From Blasia pusilla (Eukaryota), in the NCBI GenBank assembly GCA_050084515.1, contig CM114271.1:29388001-29452000 (forward strand): a stretch of 64,000 nucleotides of DNA, written 5' to 3'. Below the pieces are notes generated by a model. It saw only the letters and a program-made list of their open reading frames with translations, did no database searches and was not told the origin of the DNA. The stretch's first letter is position 1. Each line of letters starts with the position of its first letter. Below, piece after piece: positions 38,411 to 51,519 of this stretch. The position numbers and the translations under genes are program-made.

Positions 38411-39536
38411 TCACCATCCTTCAATTTTTAGTTGTATGGTCCATTACTGGGATTGCATCCTTCCCACCATGGAATTAATTGAGACTTTGTTTCTCTTGAT
38501 CTACTGCCAATCAACTGCTCACATGTACAAAAATTTCCAACCCATTGAAAATATTTGGATATATTCTCAAATTGAATCTCTGATTATAAGTTCACAATAT
38601 GGTGATGAGACGAATTGCAAAGTTACCCACAACTTAAGTTCCAAGAGCTATTCTTGAATCCCATTCGGAGGAACTCATGCACTAACTTTTGAGAATTAAC
38701 GGGGTTGTGGAAAAAGCGACGGACAGTTGGATTTCGCTTCGAATCATGAGGTTTCGGCTATGAGGACGTTGTGTACATAACTGGGCCTCTAAGGGGCTTA
38801 TCTCCCCTATTATAGCCAACCAGTGAGACCCTATGCCCAGGGGAAGAATTTTTTAAAAAGAATCTGGTTCCTCCTCTCCTCGCCCATTGTTAACCTCTCC
38901 CCTAATCTGCCCTTCTTCTCCTTAGGACCGGTGTTAACAACAGTTGGCTGATTCCAGAAATGGCCTTCTAATTGTTTCACTGAAAACTACACAACTGGGC
39001 ATACAAAGAGGCTTATCTCCCTCATTATAGCCAACACGTTTAAGTTTCGTAGGGACGAGACGGGGCATTTCTATTTTAATGTTCATCACTTATTTTATGG
39101 GATCCCGTGCAACTATTTTCCACTTATCACGAAGTGGAAGCTGGCGCATTTTATCCTCATATTAACAAACGGCACGCGGAACGCCACTGGAATCACAATA
39201 GAGAAATCGGTGACACGCTCGCAATGAAGTGCCGGTCGTTGGCCGGGAAGATAATAGGCGACCAGGAAATGAATTAGGTGATCTGGATCTGAAGTCACAA
39301 AATGCCGGTAGAGCGGCACAAGTCGCTGGTTTATTTACAAAGCTCACTGCCGCAGATCATGGCGACGGTATTGATCTCGCATTTCAGAAAGAGGCGTTCT
39401 GCACTGTAGCCCAGTTCAGAGACGCAGTGAGTACAACATGTGGTTAAGTGGTCGTTAACGTCATCGATCACTAAGCCATCGCTGCGTCGAGTCGAGTAGT
39501 AAAAGCCTAGCCAAGAGCGGAAAACATGAGACTCAC

Positions 39537-41543
39537 CTGCCGAAGATCTGAAAACTTATGATCGATGATGTCCTCGTTTAGAGTACCAGCGGGAGCATAT
39601 ACTGCAGGGCCCAGAGGAACCCTCGTTGGGCGAAACACGTCGGTTTCTGGCAACAATCCAGATATAGGGTTTCTATCTGCAGCTGCAATGACGAATTCGG
39701 CGTGGTGAAGGTTTCATTCCATAGGCAGGAAGGGAAAAGGCGAAGAGCGAATAGGCAATTGAAAGTTCACTACATCGTTTAGATCAGTGAGGATTGTCGA
39801 TGTGGCTCGACGTACCTGTCTCATGGTATGGACCAGAGGCATTTCGATTTCTCAATGTCCTCTTCTCGGTTGTACCAGGTTTGCAAATACAACACTGCAA
39901 GATCATAAATGAATGAAACAGGAGGGAATCAGCAGACTTAGCAGTGTCATAACTTCGATTAGGTCTCCACGACGTAAGTCGTTTCAACAACTGCTTTCCT
40001 CTTATAGCGCAAAGGAAGCATTGACTCGCGTATCACTCGATGGGCTCATCTGAATGGTTCGATATTAGCCACACCAGACACCCTACAATGCTCGAACTAT
40101 CACCATATGCGTCCACGACAGTGGAGTCCAACGAGACAGAACTGCTGGAGAGGAGGGCAATTGCAATGCTCGGAATACATGGTTGCCAGAGACAATTATT
40201 GAGCTGGTTGGGTTGTCTTTTGGTATACCTTATCCGTCTCAAAATGGCTCAAATGGCCCTCCGGAATGATTTTCCTCAAACTACGCGATTCTGTCGTAGC
40301 CACACAGGCCCACAAACCAGGATGGAGCAACTCATCAGCTGCGATGTCTCTGTTTAACAACCGTATCATATTCTGCGATCAGCTTATAAGGAGAGGAGCT
40401 TATCTTAACAATCACGCTGTGCACATGCAGAGATCGTGGCGTTGCTGAGGTAGGTGCATACCATCTGTAGGAAGGATCTGGCAAGCGTAAGGGCCTACGC
40501 AAGCAATCGCGCCCCCTGCATAAATTTTCCACGCTACCAGAATGAGTCAGAGTCACTCTTATCTGTGTGATGGATCAAAACAAATGAACTCCTGTCATAA
40601 AACGGTGCTGTGGAGCAAGTACAATGATTGGACGACCAACTCGTGACGACAGTATTAAACGTTTCCTCCTGTGGGTGGGAATAACCATCCACCGGCCAGT
40701 CCTAAACTACTACCAGTCAAAGCTGACGAGGGCATCTTAGAGATGCCCTCGTCAGCCTTTCTTTCGAGACTGGAAGATCTGAGAAGTAGTCAGTACGAGA
40801 AGACCTGAACATGCAGTAGACGGTCTTCCGGGCAGGTCTGGAGTATCCCAAGCAAGAGAAATGGCTGGGTGCTGTAGCTTGTAATCATCGACCCTCTGTC
40901 TACCAAGCAGGCGCTGCAAGTTCGAAGGGGAAACATCAAGGACCAGGGTTTTCTATTCAGCAAGGAAGCAAACTGCAAGTCGGTCGTGTCGGTGGTTAAG
41001 CTGAACACGGTGAACTACTACGGCACGCTTGGACTGTGTTATGACTGGCTCATGCGGAATGCCTTTCTAATTTAAGTCTACTGCAACTCTGAAGTCACAT
41101 CTTTTTGGACGGATTGAAAAGTGGGAGAACATGGGACCGGCGATGTATACCTTGGGAGCACTGTTATAGTCTTCTCCTTCAGTCCTGAAAGGTGGAACCC
41201 ATTCGTTCACACTCTGAATGTGCCTTCTCTGGGGCCAACCCAACTCTCGTTTAAGAGGAGTGTAAGGTAGGATGGGTCGTCTTCCAGGCTTGAAAATGGC
41301 CTGGTTACTCTCGAGATTTCGGTTAACTGGATCCGGCCGAATTTGTGGTCTGTAATCCTCCTCATAACCCTTTTTGTGAGGGTAATGAGTTCTCACTGAC
41401 GATCTCCATAGGATGTCTTTGCTACGACCACCATCCATGTATCTCCGCGAGGCCCTCCACTTTTCGCTCCATGCACCGGTGCCAGGGTTGATATACTTGG
41501 ACGAAGATCTGAACTGCTCATGAGTAGCAACACACATATCCAT
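39537..41543 (-). CDS. Uncharacterised multi-exon gene; predicted exons 41543-41082, 40913-40797, 40494-40462, 40372-40229, 39894-39816, 39682-39537; last exon unresolved
   Basis: 154-codon first exon followed by five stop-free AG/GT-bounded exons whose phases agree (0,0,0,0,1,0). No family recognised. Confidence 0.5.
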
Positions 41544-44500
41544 CAGCCTCAAAGATTGGGATCCACCGTTACCATCTTCAGATTATTATTATTACAGCCG
41601 CAACTGCAACGCACTCCACAAGAGCTCGTGCTTCTCGTCCAAGATGAGGTTTGAAATTCTCTGAAGCGAATCCTGGAGCAAGAGAGGCCTCTCTCTCTCT
41701 CTCAATTCTGGTAACACCAGAATTGTTCAACAGTCAGTAGCCTTGATTCATTGCCCAAAGCTGCTGCACTGGTAAGTAATGTCTATTGGGGATCCCAATC
41801 AGGTAAAGTAATGGTGTGGTGAAGAGTTTCTTGGTTGATATTTGGAAGCTCCGCACCAACACGTTGTTTGGTCAACACTCACACTATGTGAGAGTGTCTC
41901 CCTCCCCTCACATGGTACCTTCTTCACTTGCTCTCTGTACAGCCATCCCAGTCTCGAGCACCGTCCAACCGGGGTGTATGGTCGCAAGGCTACGACAGGC
42001 TCTACTTAACGAGTACAGTCTCTCTCCTAACACCGTAGAACTAGGGCCCAAGGTCTATGGCACTACGACTACAGTCTCTCTTTCCCAACGATGTATTGCA
42101 CCGTACCAGATTGTCAATACAACTCACGATAGCCTCTGCATAGTTCGTATGGAGTCCTCGATTTTAGCGCTTCTTCAGAAGAAAGGAACGACTAATCAAC
42201 GCTGGCTCGCTCTTTGTCGTCTCCAATGTGGCTTGGTAGGTGGAGGAATGGGCACACGAAGGCCCTTCAGAGAATTTTACGGAGCTCTATACACGGGGAT
42301 GGTGAGATCCTCTGGTGAAGCGATTATACAAGTACCTTGTTAGCGTTTCATGCGTGTGAAGCATCCAAATTTCGGATACTGTGGATAGAGTACCTGTGAA
42401 GTCGAAGGACAGACTGTACAGGGATCCATGATGTCTTTGACAGGAATAGGAGTTCTGCAAGGGCGCCATGTTGCTTGATAACCATACTCCACCACAGGCT
42501 TGACGGCCTTCGATGACGAGCTCCACTAGAACACCCATACAACCCAATCAGCCCCACTTGTCGCATCATAGCAATTGCAGTTTTAGTCTTCTCCACTTCT
42601 GAGCAATTTAGAGGAAGCTTCAACGGCTCGTTGCACAGTGAAGCAAGCATTCAGCAGTTTACATAGCCTTTTACCGTAATGCCAACTCCGATCAGCAAGT
42701 ACCACAGTGTATTTGACCCACATAGAGCTTGCATGAGAGTAAATGAAGAGTACCTCGACCAAAGAATCCAATGTATCCTCCACCGGAAATTGGCCACCGG
42801 TTGGAATATCAACATGAGTTTTGCAACAAGCTCTTCCATGACCACCCCTAGCCGGTAATGGAGTCCTTGGAGAGTTACAATAAGGACTTTTGCCTTCGTT
42901 TTTCCACTCGTCTGGAGCGTAATGACCTCCATACTTCGCGTTGGGAGCCATGTCTTGAGGAGAGTCTCGTGTGTGTTTCGAAGGTTCAATTCACGTGGCC
43001 AAATCGTAGATTAGCCAGCCACTCCCGGATCCGAGTCGGGTCTTGCCCCCGCTCCCGAGGCACAGACATCATTTTGCCTCTCAATTCTTAGGAAATCTTT
43101 CCTTAACGAGAGTTCAAGAAGGTTTAGCTGAAGTAATCGACACAACTTCTCTGTTTCTCGAAATTTCCTTTAGGCAGTTTGTGCGACTCGAGGTCACGCT
43201 TAAAGAGAAATCAGCGTCCGAAGAACCAGGGCAAGAGAGGCAGAATAGACAACGACTCCAGGGAACTCCCACATGATCGAATAGAAGCACATCTGACGCG
43301 CCTTACGCCCAACACGGCTACGTCCACAGGACACCGACTCTGCAGATCAGGATGAGAGGAGCACCTCAGGGAGGATGCCGCAGTGTAAGTTTCAAATCCA
43401 GGAGGAATAATCATCGGGAAGATTGCCAGCAGCGATGACGAAAAGTCGCTGTTTGCGTTTGTGACAAGAGCGAGGCTACCTGGTCCGGCACCATTGCAGG
43501 ACTCGTAGGGCACCGACAGAAATGCACGAGAATGCCGCAGTGGGAGGATGCTCCCCTGAGGGAGCCCGTGCAGCCCCGCTCGGATCTCCATCACCGGCTC
43601 GCTCCCCTTGTGCTTCGTTCATTCAGGCTTCCAACGTAGCTCATACCATCAGCGAGGCCGTCGGATTGTAATCGACGACAGGAAACCTGACCGAGGCCTC
43701 TATCGCAGGCATCGTCAATATGTCTACCGCGATCTCAGATGCTCGGCAGTCAGTCCAATGTAATAACCATTTAGAGCCGCCGGATTCTAGATCGAACGTT
43801 CTGAAGTCGAGGTCATGACGGTGTGCTGGGATTTGCGCACGCGTAGATTCCGGATTTGCGAGCGAAGCAGCTGCGAGGCGCGTTTCGTTTAGTGGTTTAG
43901 TGAGGGAGACGGGTGATATGGGATCTCCTTTCTCAATCTCGACCTTTCTCAGGCCGATCGTTAGCGTATGTGGGGTGTTGACGCAGAGCCTGTGAGTTGA
44001 GAGTATGTGTAGTGATGGTTGTTGCATTTCTGGGGTTTCGATCGACAGCGGTTGCAGGAAATTGTGGATCGTAGCGTAGGAAAATCTTTCAGAGAAATGG
44101 CAGTTAGACTAACCGGTATGTGAACGGTATGTAGCTTAGATATATGAGCACCGGTAATGCATCGAGGTCTACTGCAAGCATTAAAGGCGATCGTTCGCGC
44201 AATCGCTAAAGAGAATTTTGCTGTTCTCCTGATGTCTTGAAATTGCGATTGTATGTGCATCGAGTGTTTGTTTGAAAAAAGGTCTGACAATCGTCAGATC
44301 TGACTTGGTATGCGACTTAAAACAGCGAAATCTTGGACATTGTGATCAACCGGTGGACTGACAACTGTGCAGCAATAGACGATACAGTAATTGACAGATT
44401 TGAGCATCTAACCTTCAATTTCCTCTTGCGTTTTAATCCGAGACCGTCAACCTTGGGATAGCTAAATGCCTCAGAAGCTTGTCGAAGGTAGTTGTTCAGT

Positions 44501-46974
44501 CACAGACGAGCAATTGGAGATCGGTCGCGCCTCGCTGTCGATTCGTGGGTGTGTGAAGGTTGATCCGCTTACGAATCAACTATCGACTAGTTTGATTGTC
44601 AGCCGTAGAAGCTTTTGACGTACTGCACTTTCGGTTTCACATAATCTATTCGCGTTCATTCGAATTATCAAGCGACGGCTCCCTGAAGTTGCTTCGTCCA
44701 GGGACTGTTAATACGGCTTGCGAGTGTTCCATGGACTCATGAAATCAGTGTGTCCAGGGGGGAACAGTTGAGACAGAAGGAATACTTAATCCAATGATAA
44801 TACCACACGAGTTCTGCAGATAATTTTGGAACATCTTGCAGCTAATTAGGTCTCGGCCTTTCAGCGGGCATGTCACCGGCCATACCGGGATCCACAAAAC
44901 AGCAGCCAAGTGCAACGAGTCCTACGTAAGGCCGGTGTACATAAGTAGGACTTCCGAGATCCGGGTGTTCTGAGAGATCCTGTCATGTTTGAGTCTGCAG
45001 TTCGAAGAGAGTGGATATTCAGACAATCTCAGACCGTGATTCGTGCTTGCCAATGCCTTAAGGAAAAATATCTCTAAGGTTAGAATGTATCCGCGTCCGG
45101 CATTCTTGCTAAGAAACATCCGCTACGATGTCCGGGGAGAACCGGGGTTACGTGCTGACCAAGCCGGAAGAAATTTAGAATTTCCGACCCAGATTTCCAG
45201 CCACCGGCATATAAGGTTCTCCTTTGTATTTGTATCTCTTTAGCAGGATTCAAGAAAATTTCAAAATTTACTGTTCTCGTCTGTAGAGACCCGCAATGTA
45301 CTTGTTCTCGCCAAAAAAAACTACCCGGACCTTGATCCGCTATGCATTTGGGTAACACCCGCGACGATAGCCTATAGATTGTTACCAACTCCAAATGAAA
45401 AGCTAACGAAAACAAAAGTCACAAAGTTGTAGGATGATCTTCAATTCTGTCCGAGGGTCCATGGAGGCGCGCGGGGTATTAGCTGTTCAGGAACAACATT
45501 AGTTCTACCCAAGGGTGCTACATCAGAACTAATTATGATGTAGCTTAGATATGGATATTAGTTGGATCTTTGAACGATCGTCAACTTCCAAGTCCGGCCA
45601 CATGTTCATGCTTTATCTCCTTAACAACATTCAATTGTGTCTACAGTCAAGTGATTGTCGCAATATTTGTACATATGAAATAGTCTATGCAACGTTGTCG
45701 TATAGTAAAATCAACCAGTGTGTAAACTCCTTCGTCATTAAGTGTTAGATAGAGTTTCATTAGTATTAAGTAAATTGGCTTAGAAAAAGGAGATTCTTAT
45801 GTTTAAACCTTTTTATGGTGCCTCTTTTATGCGGGCCCAACTTTAGGAAAAGGAGGTAATAAATAAAAGATGACTTTATAAAAGTAAAGTAGTTGCTTTA
45901 ATGAAAAGCAAAAGTAGTCTTGGTTGGTGGTTAGGTTAGTTGGGGTAATTTGGAAAATATCATGTGGGTAAAAGAGGATATTTTGGAAGAGATAAGAGGA
46001 AATCTACTTGTGTCAAAATGTGATTGGCTAAGCCTTGAGAGGAAGCCATGTGGCACAAGATAAGATAAGCTCTATTTCGTACTCTTGTGGATCCCTTGTG
46101 AGTATATAAAGAGGAGGGACCTTCAAGGGTTCATCACCTTCTATTCCACATCTTGAGACTCTCGTGTCTCGCTTGAGTGTATGGCTTTGGGATTGCTTGC
46201 TCTTCCAATGAGAGTGGATCACCCCTCTTGGAAGAGTAACCTGATCATGGTCTATTCTTCAAGAGGTTTCTAGAGTGTGGTGTGTGTGTGTGGGGGGGAT
46301 GAGAGGTTTGTCACCGTAGAGGAGTTTAGTCATACTAAAATAGCGGATGTTTTGGCTTGTTACTTTCCCAATGAGAGTGGATTACCCCTCTTGGGAGAAT
46401 AACTCCGCCAAAACCCATTCTTGAGGAGAGTAGAGAATGTCTGTCAAGCATGGATAGCGGTGGAGCACGAGCTGTGCCCGACTTTCCTTTCCTCAATCCT
46501 TACCATGTCAAGGTACTCTTTGTAGATAGGCACTGGTTCACTCGCTATTTAGTTTATCACTTTGGGGAGGCGTTCATGAACCAGGTCATGCAATCTCCAA
46601 CTCCGGTGATTCTTCCTATCGTCACATATGGAAGGACATGGGATTGTACTTTGTATGTCCTTATATAGCGATCCATGGATGTCAATAGGTGTGGTCAAGT
46701 AGGGTTTAACACTAGTTGTGCTATCTTCCTCGTGTACAAACGTAAAATAGTTTATAGGGATTTTATAGTTAGGAATTTCGGGGTCCGATGTTACGAAGAA
46801 GTGATCGCCTCGACACTTCCATTTGTGATACTTGTCGTGAGAGAATGGAGAGTGTACATCATAATTTTGTATTGAAAAAGGAGAACTTATTAGAGAGTTC
46901 ACCTTGCATCAACCGCATCTACCGCAACTAGAAGGCCCGCCCTTGCTCGAAGAAAGATTCTCGACACGACAAAA

Positions 46975-46992
46975 TGGTGCTTCCACTGAGAG
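46975..46992 (+). promoter_or_regulatory. Primer-binding site TGGTGCTTCCACTGAGAG, probably tRNA-Thr
   Basis: Starts with TGG 3 nt after the LTR end. Its complement CUCUCAGUGGAAGCACCA resembles plant tRNA-Thr 3' ends (recalled, not searched). Confidence 0.7.
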
Positions 46993-47038
46993 CTCTTTGA
47001 GGCGGTAGTTTGTGTTTGCAAGTTGGAGTCTTAACAAG

Positions 47039-48736
47039 ATGACTACTTTTGGAAGTACTTCATCAATGGGAACTGAGGGAGCTGAGGATCTTCTCCGAAC
47101 TTTGACAACACTGCTGAGCCAACAAGGAGGAGTTCACATCGGAGAGCAAAGATCAACAAGGGCTCTCCAAGCGATTGTAAAGAAGTTGGGGAGATTTGAT
47201 GGGAGGAACATCACCAAGTATGTTCGAGAGTACGTCTGTGAGATGGAGGTAAACCGTGTACCCGAAGGTGATATGGTGTCAAGTTTTGAGTTAGCTATAA
47301 TACTAGAGATCCGTAGTCAAGTAAAGAAGTTGAGAGCAGAAAATCCAACCTCATGGGAGGAGTACGAACAGTTGCTGAAAGGAGAATTCTTTGATGATGA
47401 TGTGGATCGGGTGACTAAGAGGAGTTTTCTAGAATGGATAGAGCAACGTCCAGGGAAGGGAATGACTCCAAATGAGTTGTTGCGTGAGTTTGAGAAGCGG
47501 TTTTTTCAGCTTTCTCCTTCTAAAAGGGCAACTCTAGACTTGAGGAAAACCGAGTTATTCCTTGAGGCGGCAGATGAGAACTTGGAGGACAAGCTTTTCA
47601 TAATGTTGGCGGACAAGAATGAAGAAGGAGGTGTCAGCACTAATTGGAAGAAAGTGGAAGAAGTTGTTGCTATCCTCACAAAGCAAAGTCGAAGTAGAGG
47701 TAGAACCGCAGTATTCAAGTCGGAGGTACCAATTTCAAATCCATGGCCTAAGCCCATGCCAGCAAAGCTTGAAGATTCTACCATTGATGAGTTGGTGAAA
47801 GGTTTGAGAGAGTTGAGAGTAGAAATGGCTGAGCTTAAACTTGATAGAAATCCTAGTGTTGGTGCTCCTTCAACAAGTAAGAACTTTGTGAGAAGATGTA
47901 TATGGTGTGATAGTGTTGAGCATCAACGTCGAGAATGTGAGGAATTTTCAGAAGCTCTTAGAAATGGAATAGTAAACTTCAAAGATGGGAAGATTCATTC
48001 AACGCAGACTGGTATGCCGTTGAATACCAACTTTGGTAGAGGAGGTATGAAAGGCTTAGTGAGAAGTCAAGTAGGAGTTGCCACTACGACATTAGATTCT
48101 GATACCTTTGCAGTAAAAATAGAAGCGCCTATTGTATCTGTAGCTAAAAGTGAATCATTAGAATTTCCTCGAGAAGTGATGATACGAGGGGCAGAGACTA
48201 TCCGTCATCTGACTGCATGGGATGATCCAGTGGAAGCTGGGTGTGTTAAAACATACCTAGCACAAGAGAAACATGTGAGTTGGCAAGATGCTAGTGTGGA
48301 GGAGAAGAGGAGATGCGACAATGATGGTGCTGATCTCGAGGAATCTGCAAGAAGAGCGAGGACCGTAAGAAGGAAAGGGCAACTAGAGGCGCAATCGTCA
48401 AGAGAAGAAGGGCCTTCTACATCTGAATCTATGATGGATTCTCAAATGAAAGAAGGTGGAATGAAGGAGAAAGAATCAAGGTCTTCCCAGAAGACCAAGG
48501 GTAAGACTCCTACATACAAGTTGCAGTCTGATATAGAGACAAGCACGAATTTAAAGGAGATTCTTGAGGAGAGGATTTTGGATGCGAAAATAGAGTTTTC
48601 TTTGAGGGAAGTCTTGGGCATAGCCAAACGTGACTTTCATGAGTTGATCATAGATGTGATCAAAAGGAAGAGGCGGATGATCGCACATATGGTGATGGTG
48701 AGAGCTTTGATCCGACATCACAGAAGAAGAAGATGA
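47039..48736 (+). pseudogene. Gag of the deleted gypsy element; protease relic at ~48900-49150 and pol linker ORF at 49414-50151
   Basis: Long ORF with FDGRNITKY and CIWCDSVEHQRREC knuckle. Frameshifted VDHGS-EINIM downstream. KYKTVARKVKP and APMVIFTVPHVPW are typical pre-RT segments. Confidence 0.85.
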
Positions 48737-51423
48737 AGAGCTTTGCCAAGTGTTTGGACAAAAGCTTGACTTACGGGGAAAAGAGGCGAGAGTAGGAGAA
48801 GCCTTGACAGAACGAAGTGAAGAAAGGCATAATGGTGGACACTATTCTCGATCATATTGGGCGCGTGCAACGACGGAGGCTAGAGTTCGACTTGGCTCTC
48901 TTCAAGAGTCGATTCGCTCTCGTTGATCATGGTTCGAGATCAACATCATGTCGCAAGTGTGTACGACAAAGGGATGTGGCCAATTGATACAGAGGGCATG
49001 GATGGGTACTACGAGCGACTAACAACCAAAAAGGTGAACTCTATGGTGCTTGTCCATCCGTCAAAACTCAGATCGGAGATGTGTTGATTGAGCAAAATTT
49101 CTTTGTTCGAATGGAGCCGCTTATCCTGTGATTCTTGGGCAACCTTACATCACAAAGATCTAGAATGGAGACCAAAGTCATGGATGATGGGTCTCATTTT
49201 GCCCGTATTAGAAGTCGAGGATGGAACAAGATCAGTTCAATTCCTTCTTTGCATTTGAGTAGGTCATGAAAGGAATAGAGAGAAGTTGAGAGATGGTCCT
49301 ATGAAGGTAGAGAAAGAGTTTTCCGATTTTTAGTTAGCACTCCTATAGAGCGGGAATATGGGGGTGCAGAGAAAAGAAAGAGTCTTCCGCTAGTAGAGGG
49401 GGAAGAATCATATATGTTTAGGTGTGGGTTTTCTCAATGTTTTTCTTCGTGGTCTAGTAGATTCCAAATGATGAAAGAAATGAATGAAAAGAAAAGACGT
49501 TTTATGAAAAAAAAGGAGGGTTTGTTAAAATGTGAGGGTATTCTATTAGATGAAGAGTTCATTAGTGGGATGTATGAAGAAGAGGGTTTTGGAGATAGTC
49601 TTGAAGAGGTGTTTACCCAGATGAACACCGATTCGCTGGATACAAGTGTGATTACAATTCACTCGCGTGAGTTGCATGAAGAGATATCAAGGTTCATGGA
49701 AGGAGGAAATGAAGATGAATCTACGGAGAAGGAAGCGGATGGGCACGGGTTTGAGTCTGACGAACATCCCATGGAGGCACAAGTGCACACAAAATACAAG
49801 ACAGTGGCCCGGAAGGTGAAACCAATGGCTACTCAACTACCAGAGGGTTGTGGGAGACAAGTAGAACGTGCATCAATGGAGCCAAGTTTGCGGGATGTCA
49901 AGAAGATAGGACACAAGTTCACAGAAGAGACGCTAGATCGTCTGCAAATCGGAGGGGATGAGTTTCTCACAGAAATTGAAAGAAAATGCTTTCAGGAGAT
50001 GTTAAGGAGACATGGTAAGGCTTTCTCTTTTACTACACAAAAAATTGGTTGTGTAGACACGAGTGTGGTGGCACCGATGGTAATTTTCACAGTTCCACAT
50101 GTGCCTTGGGATTTGAAACCCATACCAGTACCACGAGCTAGATGGCTCTAAGATACCCATCTAGGCACTGGTTCACTCGCTATTTAGTTTATCACTTTGG
50201 GGAGGCGTTCATAAACCAGGTGATGCAATCTCCAACTCCGGTGATTCTTCCTATCGTCACATATGGAAGGACATGGGATTGTACTTTGTATGTCCTTATA
50301 TAGCGATCCATGGATGTCAATAGGTGTGGTCAAGTAGGGTTTAACACTAGTTGTGCTATCTTCCTCGTGTACAAGCGTAAAATAGTTTATAGGGATTTTA
50401 TAGTTAGGAATTTCGGGGTCCGATGTTACGAAGAAGTGATCGCCTCGACACTTCCATTTGTGATACTTGTCGTGAGAGAATGGAGAGTGTACATCATAAT
50501 TTTGTATTGAAAAAGGAGAACTTATTAGAGAGTTCACCTTGCATCAACCGCATCTACCGCAACTAGAAGGCCCGCCCTTGCTCGAAGAAAGATTCTCGAC
50601 ACGACAACGTGTCAATAAAACAAAAAGCACGGGATCGAGAAATTGTCGCAGGTGTAATTGCGCAGGTATATTCTAAACTGAAAATTCAAACCACAAGTAA
50701 GTTTGATCATCTAAATCAAGACTTGTAGCCTTGGAAGTTTAAACTCTCGTTAGGAAAGTCGTAGTAAAGATTGACGAGCACTTCATGTAATACTTACAGG
50801 GAAACTATTAGAGTTATCTAAGAAAAAGTATGAAGGTTACACTCCCGTGAAAGAAAAAAATATTTCTAAAGTTAAAAGGGAAAGAAGATAGAAGGTGGAA
50901 GTTAATCACGAGGAGCTGCCGTCCAAAAAGTAACGGTGTCGTTGGTATCTTGTCGACGGCCAAAGAATCTTGGTAAAGATTTGGTCAAGAGTAAATCTCA
51001 ATGAAAGACAATATAATACCTTGAATTAAATTGGCAAGGTATCAAGGTCGACCAATGATGAATGGAAAAGTCTCTACCATTCAAAGGTAATCAAATGGCA
51101 AAAGCTCACTAGAAGTGATTTGGAAGGATAAGTTAAGGGAGAGTAAAACACGTTTAGGAAGAGCAAATGGAAAGCATTCTAGGACATCAAGGATGCGTTG
51201 GAAAGCCAAGAAAGAGAAATTTTCAGGACATAAGATTTTAGAGCGCAATCCAAAACAGAAAGCACAAAAGGAGTGATGAAGTGAATGGGATATAAGAATT
51301 CTCCTATAGAAAGTTGGAGAAGATGTTTTAGAGTTTTGTGGTAATTTTATCAATGAAAGCAAGGAGATTGAGGCATAATTGAAAATTTTGGAAGATGTGC
51401 GTTTCTAGAAGTTTAATCTCATC

Positions 51424-51519
51424 AAGATCATTTCTACATCTCTCAAAAAGATCATTTCTACATCTCTCAAAAAGATCATTTCTACATCTCTCAAAAAGAT
51501 CATTTCTACATCTCTAAAA
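51424..51519. repeat. Tandem repeat, 4 x 24 bp AAGATCATTTCTACATCTCTCAAA
   Basis: Units start at 51424, 51448, 51472 and 51496. Confidence 0.95.

Larger units (their letters stand above)
45696..50606 (+). mobile_element. Internally deleted Ty3/gypsy LTR retrotransposon, 4-bp TSD ACGT
   Basis: ACGT|TGTCGT...ACGACA|ACGT. 5' LTR 45696-46971. Only the last 445 bp of the 3' LTR remain (50162-50606, matching 46527-46971). Gag, protease relic and pre-RT linker are present; RT, RNase H and integrase are absent. Confidence 0.92.

Noticed and set aside
41703-41725. 10-bp inverted repeat CAATTCTGGT-AAC-ACCAGAATTG upstream of the unknown gene
   Set aside because: Short enough to be incidental, and no function can be assigned.
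41800-44300. Overlapping ORFs of 100-175 aa on both strands
   Set aside because: Several possible splice sites but no convincing phase-consistent model or domain. A gene here cannot be excluded.
51424-51519. CRISPR-like array (also considered for 35311-35455)
   Set aside because: Head-to-tail repeats without unique spacers, no cas genes, eukaryotic context.
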